Positions 1 through 10,932 of a stretch of 64,000 nt of DNA are shown here, piece by piece; within the stretch, counting starts at the first letter, position 1, and each line of letters starts with the position of its first letter. The notes beneath the pieces are model-generated. The model had not been told where the DNA came from. It was given only the letters and a program-made list of their open reading frames with translations, and ran no database searches. A program made the position numbers and the translations under genes. Origin of the DNA: Candidatus Latescibacterota bacterium (GTDB taxonomy: Bacteria > Latescibacterota > UBA2968 > UBA8231); the NCBI GenBank assembly GCA_965203355.1, contig OZ241889.1:3392001-3456000 (forward strand). The letters are read 5' to 3'.

Positions 1-2
1 GG

Positions 3-929
3 AGTGCGTGGTCGAATCCGGTGTCGATCGATTCGACGGGTTCCTACGAACTCAGCCTCGATTTTTTGCCGATGCCGAGGCCCTTCTTCCAGTTCAGGTT
101 CTTCTTTGAGGGCACTGCGACCGACGTGATTCGGATTGACGCTCTGGAATTCACCCACTCGCCCCCCCTCGCCCAAGGGACGCGCGCCGAGATCGCCCTT
201 GTCGGCGATCCTTTTCCGCAGGCAGGCGTGGCCACCGTCGCTACGGGACAGCCGGCGACCTTGGAATACGCTTTGACTGCGGAGTTGTCCGGCGATGAGG
301 GATTCGATGGTTTGCGCATCGCAACGCCGGGTGCTGTTCAGTTGGAATCCGTGCTGATCGGCGACGACCGAGAGCAAGTGATCGTCGACAGCCTCGTTGT
401 CGACGACAGCGGCATGTCGCTCTTCTTTCCGAGCCGCCGGATTACGGCAGAGAGCAACGCCACGCTCTTCGTGCGGTTCACGGCAACGCCCTTGCGATAC
501 ACGACCCTATTTCAGGGTTGGCTCTTAGATTCGGTTGGCGCGGTTCCGCAGCGGGTTGCCCCCGGGGATGCCACCAACCTGCTCGGCACGAATTCCGTCC
601 TCGTCTTCGGTTCCCTTGGCGATCCGCTTGGCCGATTCGACTTGGGCACCGGTGTCGTGACCCCGAATGGAGACGGGCGGAACGACGACTTGGCGTTGCG
701 GTACGACCTCGTATTCCTCATTGAACCCGCGCAAATAGGCATTACAGTACACGATCTCTCGGGTCGGCTCGTTCACACCCTCCGGCAAGAGGAGCAGGCG
801 GCAGGCAGCTACTTAGCCACGTGGACCGAGGCCCACAGACTGGTGCCGGGGCACTACATCGTCCGACTGCACGTCGAAACGCAGACCAAGACGTTTGAGC
901 GCCTCCGGATCGTGGCGGTGTCCTACTGA
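3..929 (+). CDS. Secreted protein with FlgD-Ig/T9SS type-B-like C-terminal domain (5'-partial)
   Basis: Frame is open back to the window start (SAWSNPV...). C-terminus has TPNGDGRND...G.Y.V.L...VAVSY; paralogous to the next two genes. Confidence 0.75.
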   Translation, partial: SAWSNPVSIDSTGSYELSLDFLPMPRPFFQFRFFFEGTATDVIRIDALEFTHSPPLAQGTRAEIALVGDPFPQAGVATVATGQPATLEYALTAELSGDEGFDGLRIATPGAVQLESVLIGDDREQVIVDSLVVDDSGMSLFFPSRRITAESNATLFVRFTATPLRYTTLFQGWLLDSVGAVPQRVAPGDATNLLGTNSVLVFGSLGDPLGRFDLGTGVVTPNGDGRNDDLALRYDLVFLIEPAQIGITVHDLSGRLVHTLRQEEQAAGSYLATWTEAHRLVPGHYIVRLHVETQTKTFERLRIVAVSY

Positions 930-952
930 GAAAGTAGGCGAGAGGAGGATTT

Positions 953-3022
953 ATGCGCACGCGAACGATGCTTGCCACGACGATTCTGCTCGTCGCGACA
1001 GCGGTTGTAGGCTACGGTCAGCGCCGCGTCGTGCAGATCGGTGGGGCGGCGGGAGACTTCTCGTGGTCACAGGTGCGTCAGAAGGCCGTCGCCCTCGATG
1101 ATACGACCGCTCCGGGTGCCTTGCAGCCGAGAGAGCTGCGGCCATGGGAAAACATCATGGTCGGCCCCGGGGCCTTCGCCAATATATTCGGCTTATCTTG
1201 GGCGGAGGGACAGGTAACAGGTAAGGCCTTCGGTTTCCAAGCGGGCGTTGACCCGCGTTTCTGGCACGGTGGCTACAGCCGCGAGGAGGCCGCGATCATC
1301 GATGGCGATCCCGAGACGGCAATCTCGCTGCGGCAGCTAATCGGCGAGGGGCCGGTACAAGTATTCAACCAGATTCTGCGCTTGCAGGAAGAAGTTTGGA
1401 CCTTTGATCTAGTGTTGGAAACGCCGATCAACCGGATCCTATTCTTTCCTCGGCAATCGGGTGTTGATAAGCGCGGCATTCCCAACAAGCAGGGATCGCC
1501 GCGGGCGTATCGTCTCTCGATACAGAACGAGGCGGAAGAATTTCTCCTCGAAGGCTCCGAGCCGGTCCCCAAGCGGACCCTTGCCACCCTTATCGAGGAA
1601 ACCAAGTCCAACGCGAAAAGCCGAATTGACGTCAGCTTTCCGCTGCAGCCAGCCAGATTTATCCGACTCGATTTGAGTTTGGCGGACCAGTTCTACAGCA
1701 TGGCTGAGTTCCAGGTCTATGGCGAGGGCGTCCCGACCCATGTAAGCTACGTTTCCACCGCCATTCCAATCGACGAGCCGGTCAACTTCGGCGAGATTAC
1801 CTACTCTTTCCGCCCGCTGCGACGAGACCGGGAAGCGGACGCGCTCGTCGAAGACCCCGCAGGCGACGCCCGCCTACTCATAGAAACCCGTTCCGGCACT
1901 GACGACACCCCGTTGGCTTACTACGTCGTCGATGACTTCGGGCGCGACAAGGAGGCGACAGAAGCGGAATGGCAGCGCGCTTCGTTGCCCCGGCGAGAGA
2001 GTCTCACCGTCCGCTATCCCAATCAGCGCAGTGTCGTCCTCGACGACGAGACCAACTGGTCGCCGTGGTCTTCACCCTATCGCTCATCTGGCCAGTTGAA
2101 CCGATCCCCGGATGGTCGCCAGTATTTGCAGTTCCGGGCGACGTTCCTGACGGGCGACGTGCTGTCCATTGGTCGGCTAGATTCCCTACAGTTCGAGGTT
2201 TCTCCGCGGCTCGCCTCGTCGCTCATTGGTGAGGTTTCCCTAGCAGATGCTGTTTCGACGGGCCTGACGACTGGGGAGCAGCCCGCGGAATTTCCCGTTG
2301 GAGAGCGACGTCTGCTCCACTTTGACATCGCGGCGGACTTCTCCAACGATTCACAGGGATTCGATGCCGTGCGGCTGACGGTCCCCTTTGGCACTCGCTT
2401 CAAGGGGCTGAGGATGGGCGATGCGGACCTCGTGGCAGTGGTGCCCGACAGCGTGTGGCCCGGGGACGGGATCGCCACCGATGGCGAGCTTTTCATCTCC
2501 TTCGCCTCCAATCGGGTGTCACGCGGCAATGATAGGCCCGTCCGCATTGATCTCGAATCCGCTCTTTTTACCTCTTCCGCGATCTTCGCCGGGGAAGTCG
2601 TCGATGCTGCCAGTGCCAACCTGCCCCAGTCGGTGGACGGGGGGAATGCCCGGGACGAGGTCCCCACCAACAGTCTGCAGGTTTTCTCGCGCGATGCGAG
2701 GACGACCGTTCTCGATGGGGTCCGTCTCATGCAGGTGGCGCTGACACCGAATGGGGACCGGGTGAACGACGAAATCCACGTCGAGTTCAGCGTTCTCTTC
2801 GTGGACGAAGCCGATGTGACCGTAAAGGTTTACGATGTCGCCGGACGCTATGTTGCGCTTCTAGACGCTGAGAATCGGGGCCGATCGGCTCAGCAGGTGT
2901 CTTGGGACGGTTTCGATGATGACCGCAACCTAGTCCCGCCAGGCCTGTATCTGCTTGTGATCGCGGTACATACCCAAAGAGAGCTCGCCCGGCAGCTACT
3001 GACAGTACCCGTCGTCTATTGA
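953..3022 (+). CDS. Secreted protein with discoidin/CBM-like region and FlgD-Ig/type-B-like CTD
   Basis: GAGGAGG RBS, signal peptide, WSPWSSPY motif, TPNGDRVND...WDG...PPGLY...VPVVY. Confidence 0.8.
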   Translation: MRTRTMLATTILLVATAVVGYGQRRVVQIGGAAGDFSWSQVRQKAVALDDTTAPGALQPRELRPWENIMVGPGAFANIFGLSWAEGQVTGKAFGFQAGVDPRFWHGGYSREEAAIIDGDPETAISLRQLIGEGPVQVFNQILRLQEEVWTFDLVLETPINRILFFPRQSGVDKRGIPNKQGSPRAYRLSIQNEAEEFLLEGSEPVPKRTLATLIEETKSNAKSRIDVSFPLQPARFIRLDLSLADQFYSMAEFQVYGEGVPTHVSYVSTAIPIDEPVNFGEITYSFRPLRRDREADALVEDPAGDARLLIETRSGTDDTPLAYYVVDDFGRDKEATEAEWQRASLPRRESLTVRYPNQRSVVLDDETNWSPWSSPYRSSGQLNRSPDGRQYLQFRATFLTGDVLSIGRLDSLQFEVSPRLASSLIGEVSLADAVSTGLTTGEQPAEFPVGERRLLHFDIAADFSNDSQGFDAVRLTVPFGTRFKGLRMGDADLVAVVPDSVWPGDGIATDGELFISFASNRVSRGNDRPVRIDLESALFTSSAIFAGEVVDAASANLPQSVDGGNARDEVPTNSLQVFSRDARTTVLDGVRLMQVALTPNGDRVNDEIHVEFSVLFVDEADVTVKVYDVAGRYVALLDAENRGRSAQQVSWDGFDDDRNLVPPGLYLLVIAVHTQRELARQLLTVPVVY

Positions 3023-3029
3023 GGATTTA

Positions 3030-5381
3030 ATGACTATGGCAAAAACAAGCTGGTGCGTCATCGCCATGGCCGCGTGGCTGTCGTCCGGTCACGCCTTAGC
3101 CGATGAACTTCGCTTCGGTCGTCGCAGCGATTGGCAGCAGTGGACAAGCCCGACTGGGGCCATTCAGTTGCGGCAAGACGGCAAGGTCGAGCTGGGGTGG
3201 TACGGAACGGACACCGATCCGATGGACAATATGTCCCTGTTCTCACATCCCACCCGGAAAAGTGGTGCGGTCTTTGGCGGCTTGACGGCACACTCGAACA
3301 ACCGCGCCGCTCGGTTTCTCTTCGATAACGACCACGACACGTGGTGGCAGCCTGATGCTGGTGCCGATCCCGACAATGCGTGGATACACATCGACCTAGG
3401 GCGCCTCGTCCTGCTGAAGGATATCCGCTTGGTCTTTCCCGACACCCTCGACGTACGCCCCTTCCGGGATTTCTCGGTTTTTGTCAGCGAAGGTTCGACG
3501 GTGTCTCCGTCCGCGGATGTCTGGCGATTCCAGCGCGTTTTCACGACCGCCGAGCCCAACGAGTTGGGCGAGATCGTCATTCCCTTGTCGATTGAGGATT
3601 TTGGCGACGTGGCGACCGGCGATAATCTGGTGACGGGCAAGTCGCTGGACTTCATGCCCGTGCATTACATCCGCTTTCTTCCGCACGAGGTTGGCGAAGG
3701 CGCGGCGCTGGCCGAGATCGAAGTGACCGCGATCGGCGATAATATCGCGTTGACGACCTTTGATCGGGGAGGGACGATCCGCTCGGGACGCCCAAAAGTG
3801 GAAGAGCTCCGCGATGGAACTGTGGACAATGCTTGGCCCTTGATTGCAAATAACCTCAATCGCTTCTGGCAGGATGGCGGGATGTGGTTTGAGTGGGATC
3901 TGGGCGCCCTCTTCCACGTCAGCCGGATCGTGTTGTACCAGTGGCCGCCCAATCATCTAGGGCGCACGACATTCGGAATCGGCGGTACCAACAACGGGTA
4001 CAATCTGGAGATGACGGATGGGACGCCGATCGCCCGGGACGATTCATTCCGCAGTCCCTTTGACTACACGCGCATTTCGCTCGTCGACAACAGCCGGGCC
4101 CCGGTGCGCTACGTTTTCGACCACCAACTAGAAGATCGAGTGGGCCGCTATCTGTTTTGGAACCACTTTGATGTCCAGGACAGAAATGTTGGCTATATCA
4201 TGCTGGAAGTATTCATCTATTCCGCTGGCTACCCGGCACAAGCGGCCTTGACCTCCGACTTCATTGACCTCGGGGGCGCCAAGAGCATTACGGGGATTGC
4301 ATGGGATGCCGACACCCCGCCGGGGACCCGAATCACGGTACAGACTCGCACGGGCAATGAGCTCGACGTGGAGCGATTCTTCTTCAAGAAGAACGGCGAG
4401 CCGATCACCGAGGCGCAGTACAACAAGCTGCCCAAAGTGGTCCGGGGTGAGATCGTCGAAGTGCCCAAAGAGGGTGCGGACTGGAGTGGTTGGAGTGAGC
4501 CACACCTTTCGTCAGGCGAGTCCTTTCGGTCGCCCACCCCTAGACGACTCTTGCGAATGCGGGTGAGTCTGGAGACCGACGATCCGGCAATCACTCCGGT
4601 CCTCAACGCAGTGACTCTGCGCTTCGACGAAGCACTCGTGCAAAAAGGCGTTGAGGCTGCGATCTATCCACGGGAGGCGCGCGCTGGCGCGTGGCAGGAT
4701 TTTCGCTACGTGCTGCAACCCACCTTCACAGCCGGAGACCAGGGCTTTGATCGCGTGATTCTGCCTGTGCCAGGGGAAGTGCGGAATGTGTTGCTGCGCA
4801 TCAATGGTGAAGAAGCCGAAGCGGCGGTCGAAGCCACCGTGGACACGCTCGTCGTCGCCATGCCCCGCCGGACGCTGCGGGACTCGGTGGAGGTGATGTT
4901 CACGGCGCGACCGCTGAACAATCCCACCCGCTTCCTCGCATCCGTGGCGAACTCGGCACAACCGGATAATCGGCAAGAAGTGCGGCCGCTAGCGATCGAC
5001 GACGATGGCGATGGCGAGTTCGACCGCACGGACCGAGAGGCCCTTTTCGTCTTCTTGCCGAACACAACCTCAGGAGGTACTATCCGCAATCTCGTTGCAT
5101 CGAGCCGCGTCATCACGCCCAACGGCGACGCTATCAACGACCATTTGCACATTACCTTCGATCTATTTCGCACCAAAGTCGCTACCGAGCTACGGCTCTA
5201 CAACTTGTCAGGGCACTTGCTCAGGGTCATCGCCAGCCAGTCCGGAGCGACGCAGCAGCTAGTGTGGGATGGAATGGTGGATGATCGGCCTGCACCACCC
5301 GGGATCTATGTCTGCCGCATAGCGGTGCCGGCAGAGGCCGGGCCGGAGGCCAAAACGCTGCTGGTAAGTGTCGCCTACTAG
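3030..5381 (+). CDS. Secreted protein with discoidin-like domains and FlgD-Ig/type-B-like CTD
   Basis: Signal peptide; F5/8-type-C-like motif (FDNDHDTWWQP...WIHIDLG); WSGWSEP; TPNGDAIND...PPGIY...VSVAY. Confidence 0.8.
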   Translation: MTMAKTSWCVIAMAAWLSSGHALADELRFGRRSDWQQWTSPTGAIQLRQDGKVELGWYGTDTDPMDNMSLFSHPTRKSGAVFGGLTAHSNNRAARFLFDNDHDTWWQPDAGADPDNAWIHIDLGRLVLLKDIRLVFPDTLDVRPFRDFSVFVSEGSTVSPSADVWRFQRVFTTAEPNELGEIVIPLSIEDFGDVATGDNLVTGKSLDFMPVHYIRFLPHEVGEGAALAEIEVTAIGDNIALTTFDRGGTIRSGRPKVEELRDGTVDNAWPLIANNLNRFWQDGGMWFEWDLGALFHVSRIVLYQWPPNHLGRTTFGIGGTNNGYNLEMTDGTPIARDDSFRSPFDYTRISLVDNSRAPVRYVFDHQLEDRVGRYLFWNHFDVQDRNVGYIMLEVFIYSAGYPAQAALTSDFIDLGGAKSITGIAWDADTPPGTRITVQTRTGNELDVERFFFKKNGEPITEAQYNKLPKVVRGEIVEVPKEGADWSGWSEPHLSSGESFRSPTPRRLLRMRVSLETDDPAITPVLNAVTLRFDEALVQKGVEAAIYPREARAGAWQDFRYVLQPTFTAGDQGFDRVILPVPGEVRNVLLRINGEEAEAAVEATVDTLVVAMPRRTLRDSVEVMFTARPLNNPTRFLASVANSAQPDNRQEVRPLAIDDDGDGEFDRTDREALFVFLPNTTSGGTIRNLVASSRVITPNGDAINDHLHITFDLFRTKVATELRLYNLSGHLLRVIASQSGATQQLVWDGMVDDRPAPPGIYVCRIAVPAEAGPEAKTLLVSVAY

Positions 5382-5443
5382 TAGTTTAGAAAGGTTGATT
5401 TAATGACGATACGCGGTGGGAAACTAACACGGGAGAGTTGGAC

Positions 5444-8080
5444 ATGAAGTGCAAATGGGTCGGTCCCATCTTAGCTGTTTTGCTACTGCAGGGGACGTCA
5501 GGTGGAGCAGTCGAAGTCGGTCTGTTCAATCCCTACATCACGGAAGGAGCCCGAATCAGTCCTGAGACGCTGGTTCCAACTTTGCGGAAGTGGTATCTGC
5601 CCCAAGCACTCTATTCACTATACGGCTGGCAGGGGAGTGCTTACACCAACTATGCTCGGGACCAGTACCGGCGCTATGTGAGAACCGAACTTGAAGGCGA
5701 CCGCTACTACGACCTCTACGGCAATTACTTCACCAAAGGCTGGAACATCTACAACTTCACGAATGAGTATCCGAGGGATTTCGGGAGCGGAATATGGAAA
5801 GATCCCAACTTCAGCCAGTGGTTCAATCGTCTCATCGTAGTCTCTGGAGCCAAGGGGCAGTTCCACACCGCTCTGACCATCGGCGAGGGCATTCGCTCCA
5901 CGATGACGCCGCTCACTTTCTCCAAACCATTGTTCGACGGGCTGCAATGGGACTTCCAGACCGATAAATACGGAGTGAGCATCTTGGCGGCGCGAGCCGA
6001 TTCGCCCGGGCGCGTGGCCGTCGCTGTCGACCAAGGAGCGGCGCGCCAAACGACTTTCACTCAATTACTCGGCTTGAATGGAAGCATGGCTGTCGGCGAT
6101 TTCGCTACATTGGGTGGAACCTATCTGACGACCTTTCACCAAAACTCGGCCCTCTCCCTCGACGAAAATTCGCTGCGTGGCGTCCTCGGCGGTCGCCTGA
6201 ATGCGGGAAATGTCCAGCGGCTGATCGTGCGACTAGCAGACGACTCACCAGAGGATGGCGTCGGCGGTGCCCTACTGCTCCGCGAGCGCATTTTCATCAA
6301 TGGCGTTGAGCATCCCGAGATCGACCCGATCATCGAAGGGGGGGTGGCGCGCGAGGGCCTGCTAGAGGCCAGTGGTTCCAATACGGTCACCCTGACGTAT
6401 AACATTGAGACTGATTTCCGGCCGGGCCCCGATGAGGCGATCACTGATTTCCGGGAGATTGAGCGCATCGAAATAGGGCTGGTCGTGGCCAACGACTATC
6501 TCGTAGAAGTCGCGTCGAACTTGCAAACCAACGCGGCGCTGGAGCCCGCCTTCCTGCCCGTCGCCCAAGCAGAGGGCAACGTCACGGATGCTTCTAACCA
6601 GCGATTCATCCGCTTTCAGTACGGGGTCCCGTCGAGCAACGAACTGCGAGGAGTGAATCTGGCGATTAGCGATGTGGGGGGGTTCAATCTCCGCTCTGAG
6701 TACGTGAGTAATCGGCGCAACCGACGGTTCCCCAACCAAACCATCCGCAGCAACCAAGCCCTCGCTCACGATGCGTCTGAGGCTTATTACGCTACGGCAT
6801 CGCAGATCGCGTACCCCTTCTTCGGCTACGGGGAACTGTTCAGCGTCGAGCCTGGGTACTCGACGTCTATGTTCATCCCGGACTCGCAAGGTTTCATTGA
6901 TTACGAAGACGAGAAGAATTATCTCTACGAGCTCATCGACGATAACGACGACCAAGATCGCTTTCCCGACTGGCAGCGTCGCGCCGTGAATCTGAGTGCC
7001 CTGTTTCCGAACCAGAATCAATTCCCCGACCGGGAGGTGTTTCCGGGCCTCGACGAGAACCAAGACTTCATCTCCGACTTCAATCAGAATCAGAACAACC
7101 AGCCTGACTACAGCGAGCCGTTCTTCCGCTACCACGTCGATCCGCCCGAGTTCCTTTTCGGCACGGACATGAACAACAATACCGTTGTAGATCGTTTCGA
7201 GAACGACACGGAACCGGATTATCCGTACAAGCGGGACCGCAAGGGATACAATCTCTACGTTGGCGTCGAACTGATGCCGAACAGCCGCCTCATGGTCGGG
7301 CGCTCGCGGATGGAACAACACTCCAGCGACCGTCGGGCCGCTTCCACCTACGGGCTGCTGACGCTGAAGAAGGAATATCCGCAGCGCAGCTTGTCGATTC
7401 AGTTGATGGAGTTCGTCCGCGCCGTCCAGGACGATATCGCCGACGATCTCATCCAGTGGGTGCAGCCAGCCTTCTCGCCCGGTACGATGCAGGACTTCAG
7501 CGATCCTTTGATCGCACAGGATACCTTTATCAACACGCTCTACCTACAGGTAGATTGGAATTCGTTCGTCACGACGCAGACAAAGCTCAAGTACGACGCC
7601 TACAATCAGCAGAGGGATGCGGCGGCGGGAACGCGGGATGAGCGGTTCTTGGGTCTAATCAACAAGGCCGATCGTCAATTCTGGGCAACGGAGACGGTGC
7701 TTTTGTGGCCTCAGTGGAAGCAGCGGTTTTCGTCCCGGACCCCGACCAACCCACGCGAGCGTAGTACGCGCGATCTGGCAGAGCTCTTCTTCTTGCTCGT
7801 CAGCTATAGCATCTCCCCGCAGATGACGCTCGGTTTTGGCACCGAGTACGAGCTTTTCAATAACCTGAAGAGCCGCCCGGACGGTGGTGCCGTTGACTAC
7901 CAAGACGACTTCAGCCGATTGACTTTGGCGTCGCAGTTTTCCAATCAGGCGGCGTATCTGGGCTACGAGTTGACCGCGAACATCGGCATACGGTGGACGC
8001 GACGCAGCGTTCGCGGAGAAGATGCCGACACGAACACCATGATCTTCGTGGACGTGTTTGCGGGCCTCGGAACCGATTGA
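5444..8080 (+). CDS. Secreted, probable outer-membrane protein with Asp/Asn-rich Ca-binding-like loops
   Basis: Signal peptide; DDNDDQDRFPD, DENQDFISD and DMNNNTVVD loops; alternating beta-strand-like C-terminal third. Function inferred. Confidence 0.6.
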   Translation: MKCKWVGPILAVLLLQGTSGGAVEVGLFNPYITEGARISPETLVPTLRKWYLPQALYSLYGWQGSAYTNYARDQYRRYVRTELEGDRYYDLYGNYFTKGWNIYNFTNEYPRDFGSGIWKDPNFSQWFNRLIVVSGAKGQFHTALTIGEGIRSTMTPLTFSKPLFDGLQWDFQTDKYGVSILAARADSPGRVAVAVDQGAARQTTFTQLLGLNGSMAVGDFATLGGTYLTTFHQNSALSLDENSLRGVLGGRLNAGNVQRLIVRLADDSPEDGVGGALLLRERIFINGVEHPEIDPIIEGGVAREGLLEASGSNTVTLTYNIETDFRPGPDEAITDFREIERIEIGLVVANDYLVEVASNLQTNAALEPAFLPVAQAEGNVTDASNQRFIRFQYGVPSSNELRGVNLAISDVGGFNLRSEYVSNRRNRRFPNQTIRSNQALAHDASEAYYATASQIAYPFFGYGELFSVEPGYSTSMFIPDSQGFIDYEDEKNYLYELIDDNDDQDRFPDWQRRAVNLSALFPNQNQFPDREVFPGLDENQDFISDFNQNQNNQPDYSEPFFRYHVDPPEFLFGTDMNNNTVVDRFENDTEPDYPYKRDRKGYNLYVGVELMPNSRLMVGRSRMEQHSSDRRAASTYGLLTLKKEYPQRSLSIQLMEFVRAVQDDIADDLIQWVQPAFSPGTMQDFSDPLIAQDTFINTLYLQVDWNSFVTTQTKLKYDAYNQQRDAAAGTRDERFLGLINKADRQFWATETVLLWPQWKQRFSSRTPTNPRERSTRDLAELFFLLVSYSISPQMTLGFGTEYELFNNLKSRPDGGAVDYQDDFSRLTLASQFSNQAAYLGYELTANIGIRWTRRSVRGEDADTNTMIFVDVFAGLGTD

Positions 8081-9687
8081 TGACGAGCATCTTGGTACGC
8101 GTCGTTATCTTGCTGACAGCGGGACTGCTGGCCTGCGGACAGGCCGAACAATACGAGCCGCAGCCTGTTGTCGTCGCCATCATTGACCGGGATACGATCG
8201 ATGTCGAGGCATACAACGAGATGGCGACGACGCTTTTCGCCTCTTCCCATCGCGGCCAAGACCCCGCCAGTCTCGACACGAGGCGTCAACTGCTAAATGC
8301 GATGATAGACAGACAGCTTCTGGTGCTGGAGGGACAACGCAGGAAGCTGGATGCAGCGCCTAAAATCGCAACGGCCCTTGGGCAGCGCGAGCGCAAACTC
8401 CTCTGGCGTGCGCTGTTCAACGCGGTCGCGGTCGACGCGGGGCTCGATACGTCAGGCATCCAGACCTTTGCTGTGGAAGAAGGCTTCACCGAAGAGGTGC
8501 TGCTCCAACACGTGATGCTGGCGAATGAGGCCGATGCGTGGAACGTCCTCGAGGCGCTCGATGCGGGCGAACCGATGGATGTGCTCGCGGTCGAACGTTC
8601 AACCCACCACGAGACCGGGGCCTTGGGAGGCTACTTCAGCTACATGTCTGTATCCGAGGTGCTCCCGGAGGTCAGAGAGCAGATTTTGTCGCTAGCACTT
8701 GGTCAAACCTACCCGGAGCCCCTGACTTCCCGCTACGGGATTCACGTGTTCCGTCTAATTGATCGGCGCCCCGCCGACCTGGCGAGTAGGTGGGATGCTG
8801 TGCTTGAGGAGTTCCGCGTAAGCGAGAGGAGCCGCGTCTTTGAGTCCTTCGCCGACAGCTTGGCGAATGCGCATGGCCTAGTCTGCGTGCCTGCGATCGA
8901 AGACCGCCTAGCATCGGATACGCTCTGTACTTGGGCGGATGGCCAGCTCTTGTCATCCAACGTCGACTGGGCCGCTGCCGAGGATGATCGGCAGCGTTGG
9001 TTGCGCATGAAGGCCCGGGATCAACTGGTCATTGAGGAAGCCAAGCGTCGTGGCATGGACCGCGAACTCGTGGTGCGCGATCAGGTCGAGGCGCTGAGGG
9101 AAGAAATGATGATCGACAGTCTCCAGCAGGTTGTCGTTGGCCGCATTGAGATATCGGATGCCGAAAAACGGGCGTACTACGAGGAACACCCTGAGTTGTA
9201 TGGCCCGCGTCCAACGGTTCGCGTGGCTGAGGTCCTCGTCGCGGATCGTACGCTGGCGCAACGACTCCGCGGCCAAGCAGAGGCGGGTGCCCCGGTCGAT
9301 TCCCTAGCGCGGGTACACAGCATTCGCGAAGTTACGAAAAAAAGAGGCGGGTCGATGTGGCTCGTCACGAGAGACAATCCGCTCTTAGGCGATCTCGCGC
9401 CCCTCGCGCTCGACTCGGAAGTGGGTACGCTCCTAGGCCCTCTCGAAGTACCTGGCGGGTATTCCGTTTTGCGCATCGCCGAAAAGAGCCAGACTCCAGC
9501 GCGACCCTATGAGGCCGTGGAACGGAACATTGAAGCCATTCTCCGTCTGCGCACCGAGCATCAAAAGATGGACTCGCTGCTCGTCCAACTCCGCGTGGAC
9601 TTCGCCGACGAGGTCGCGGTCCATGAAGACGCACTGGACTCCGTACTAACCGATTGGGAAGGTCGCGAAGATGATGCCCAAAATTGA
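8080..9687 (+). CDS. Parvulin-type peptidyl-prolyl isomerase lipoprotein (PrsA/SurA-like, two PpiC domains)
   Basis: Lipobox LLAC; two rotamase motifs (LAVERS..GG..SRYGIHVF and LARVHS..GG..PGGYSVL); start overlaps upstream stop. Confidence 0.8.
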   Translation: MTSILVRVVILLTAGLLACGQAEQYEPQPVVVAIIDRDTIDVEAYNEMATTLFASSHRGQDPASLDTRRQLLNAMIDRQLLVLEGQRRKLDAAPKIATALGQRERKLLWRALFNAVAVDAGLDTSGIQTFAVEEGFTEEVLLQHVMLANEADAWNVLEALDAGEPMDVLAVERSTHHETGALGGYFSYMSVSEVLPEVREQILSLALGQTYPEPLTSRYGIHVFRLIDRRPADLASRWDAVLEEFRVSERSRVFESFADSLANAHGLVCVPAIEDRLASDTLCTWADGQLLSSNVDWAAAEDDRQRWLRMKARDQLVIEEAKRRGMDRELVVRDQVEALREEMMIDSLQQVVVGRIEISDAEKRAYYEEHPELYGPRPTVRVAEVLVADRTLAQRLRGQAEAGAPVDSLARVHSIREVTKKRGGSMWLVTRDNPLLGDLAPLALDSEVGTLLGPLEVPGGYSVLRIAEKSQTPARPYEAVERNIEAILRLRTEHQKMDSLLVQLRVDFADEVAVHEDALDSVLTDWEGREDDAQN

Positions 9688-9711
9688 AGAGTACTTGGCT
9701 TTGCAAATATC

Positions 9712-10932
9712 ATGCCCGTCGTTCTCGTCTTCTGCCTACTGAGTGCTTGCGAGCGGCTTGGGCCCGATCGACAGGCGGCTCGGCAGCCGGAAGCCGCCCG
9801 AGCCCTCCTCGACAGTGCGCTTGAGTACTCGGCTCGCGGTGAATCCACTGAAGCGATTCTACTGCTGCGACGGGCGGTACAGCTCGATCCACGGGATCCG
9901 GTCATCCACTACGATCTCGGCAACAATCTGGCGCGGCAGGGGCGTCTCAACCAAGCGGCCGCGTCGTACCAACAAGCGATAGCCCTCGAGCCTAATTACG
10001 CGGCCGCCCATTACAACCTAGCTTCTGTGCATTCCGCAGCGGGACGGCGCGAAGAGGCCGAAGAACGGATGGTGCGGGCGATTGAGGTCGATAGCGGCTA
10101 TCAGCCCGCCCACAAGGCTTTGGCGCAGTTGCGGGAACGGCGCGGCGACTACGACGGGGCCATTGAAGCCCTGGAGATTGCAGTGGGGATCCGTCCCGAC
10201 GACGTGGAGGCACGCAACCTACTGGGCTATCTGCTGGGGAAGCAGGGGCGACGGGATGCGGCCGCCGTGGTTTTGCAGAGAACGCTACAGATCGACTCGA
10301 CCCACGCAGACACTTGGGCACACTTAGGTGCGCTACAACTCGCCGCTAAGGATTTCGCGAGTGCGCGCCCGTATCTCGAGATGGCCGTTCAGTTCAATGC
10401 GCACCATACGAAGGCGCACTTCGATCTAGCCAACTGTCTGATGCGCTTGGGGCAGAAGGAGAGCGGGCGAAAGATGATGCGCCGGTTCGAGATGTTGAGA
10501 TCGATCGACGCGGATATTGTCAAGTTCCGCGAGGCGATCCGCCACGATCCCGCCGATCCGGCTCTGTATCGGGGATTGGCCCGCCTGTACGCGAGCGGGG
10601 GCGAGCCGGACAAAGCGATTCAGCTCTATCGGCAGGCTATCGCACGAGATGCCGAATTTGCCGCTGCCCACAACAACTTGGGAAACCTCCTGCTACGGCA
10701 GAATCGACCCGAAGAGGCGGCGCGGGCCTATCGAGCCGCTTTGCACGCCGACTCCACCTACGCCTTTGCCCACAATGGGATCGGCACCGTCAACTTACTC
10801 GCCGGGAATAGGACCGGTGCCCTGGAGGCCTTTGAGCGTGCCGTCGAATTAGACTCCGCGAACCAAACATTCGCCGACAACCTCAGATCGGTCCAGATAC
10901 TACAACACGCGGAGGAATCGCATGATCGCTGA
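9712..10932 (+). CDS. Tetratricopeptide-repeat lipoprotein
   Basis: Lipobox LSAC; many TPR units (AAAHYNLA, AHNNLGNLL). Confidence 0.9.
   Translation: MPVVLVFCLLSACERLGPDRQAARQPEAARALLDSALEYSARGESTEAILLLRRAVQLDPRDPVIHYDLGNNLARQGRLNQAAASYQQAIALEPNYAAAHYNLASVHSAAGRREEAEERMVRAIEVDSGYQPAHKALAQLRERRGDYDGAIEALEIAVGIRPDDVEARNLLGYLLGKQGRRDAAAVVLQRTLQIDSTHADTWAHLGALQLAAKDFASARPYLEMAVQFNAHHTKAHFDLANCLMRLGQKESGRKMMRRFEMLRSIDADIVKFREAIRHDPADPALYRGLARLYASGGEPDKAIQLYRQAIARDAEFAAAHNNLGNLLLRQNRPEEAARAYRAALHADSTYAFAHNGIGTVNLLAGNRTGALEAFERAVELDSANQTFADNLRSVQILQHAEESHDR

Noticed and set aside
6362-7321. Long antisense or alternate-frame ORFs (also 12842-13684, 19412-20278, 46024-46842, 47877-48848, 53416-54399)
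   Set aside because: Shadow ORFs of well-supported genes in high-GC DNA, with no recognisable motifs.
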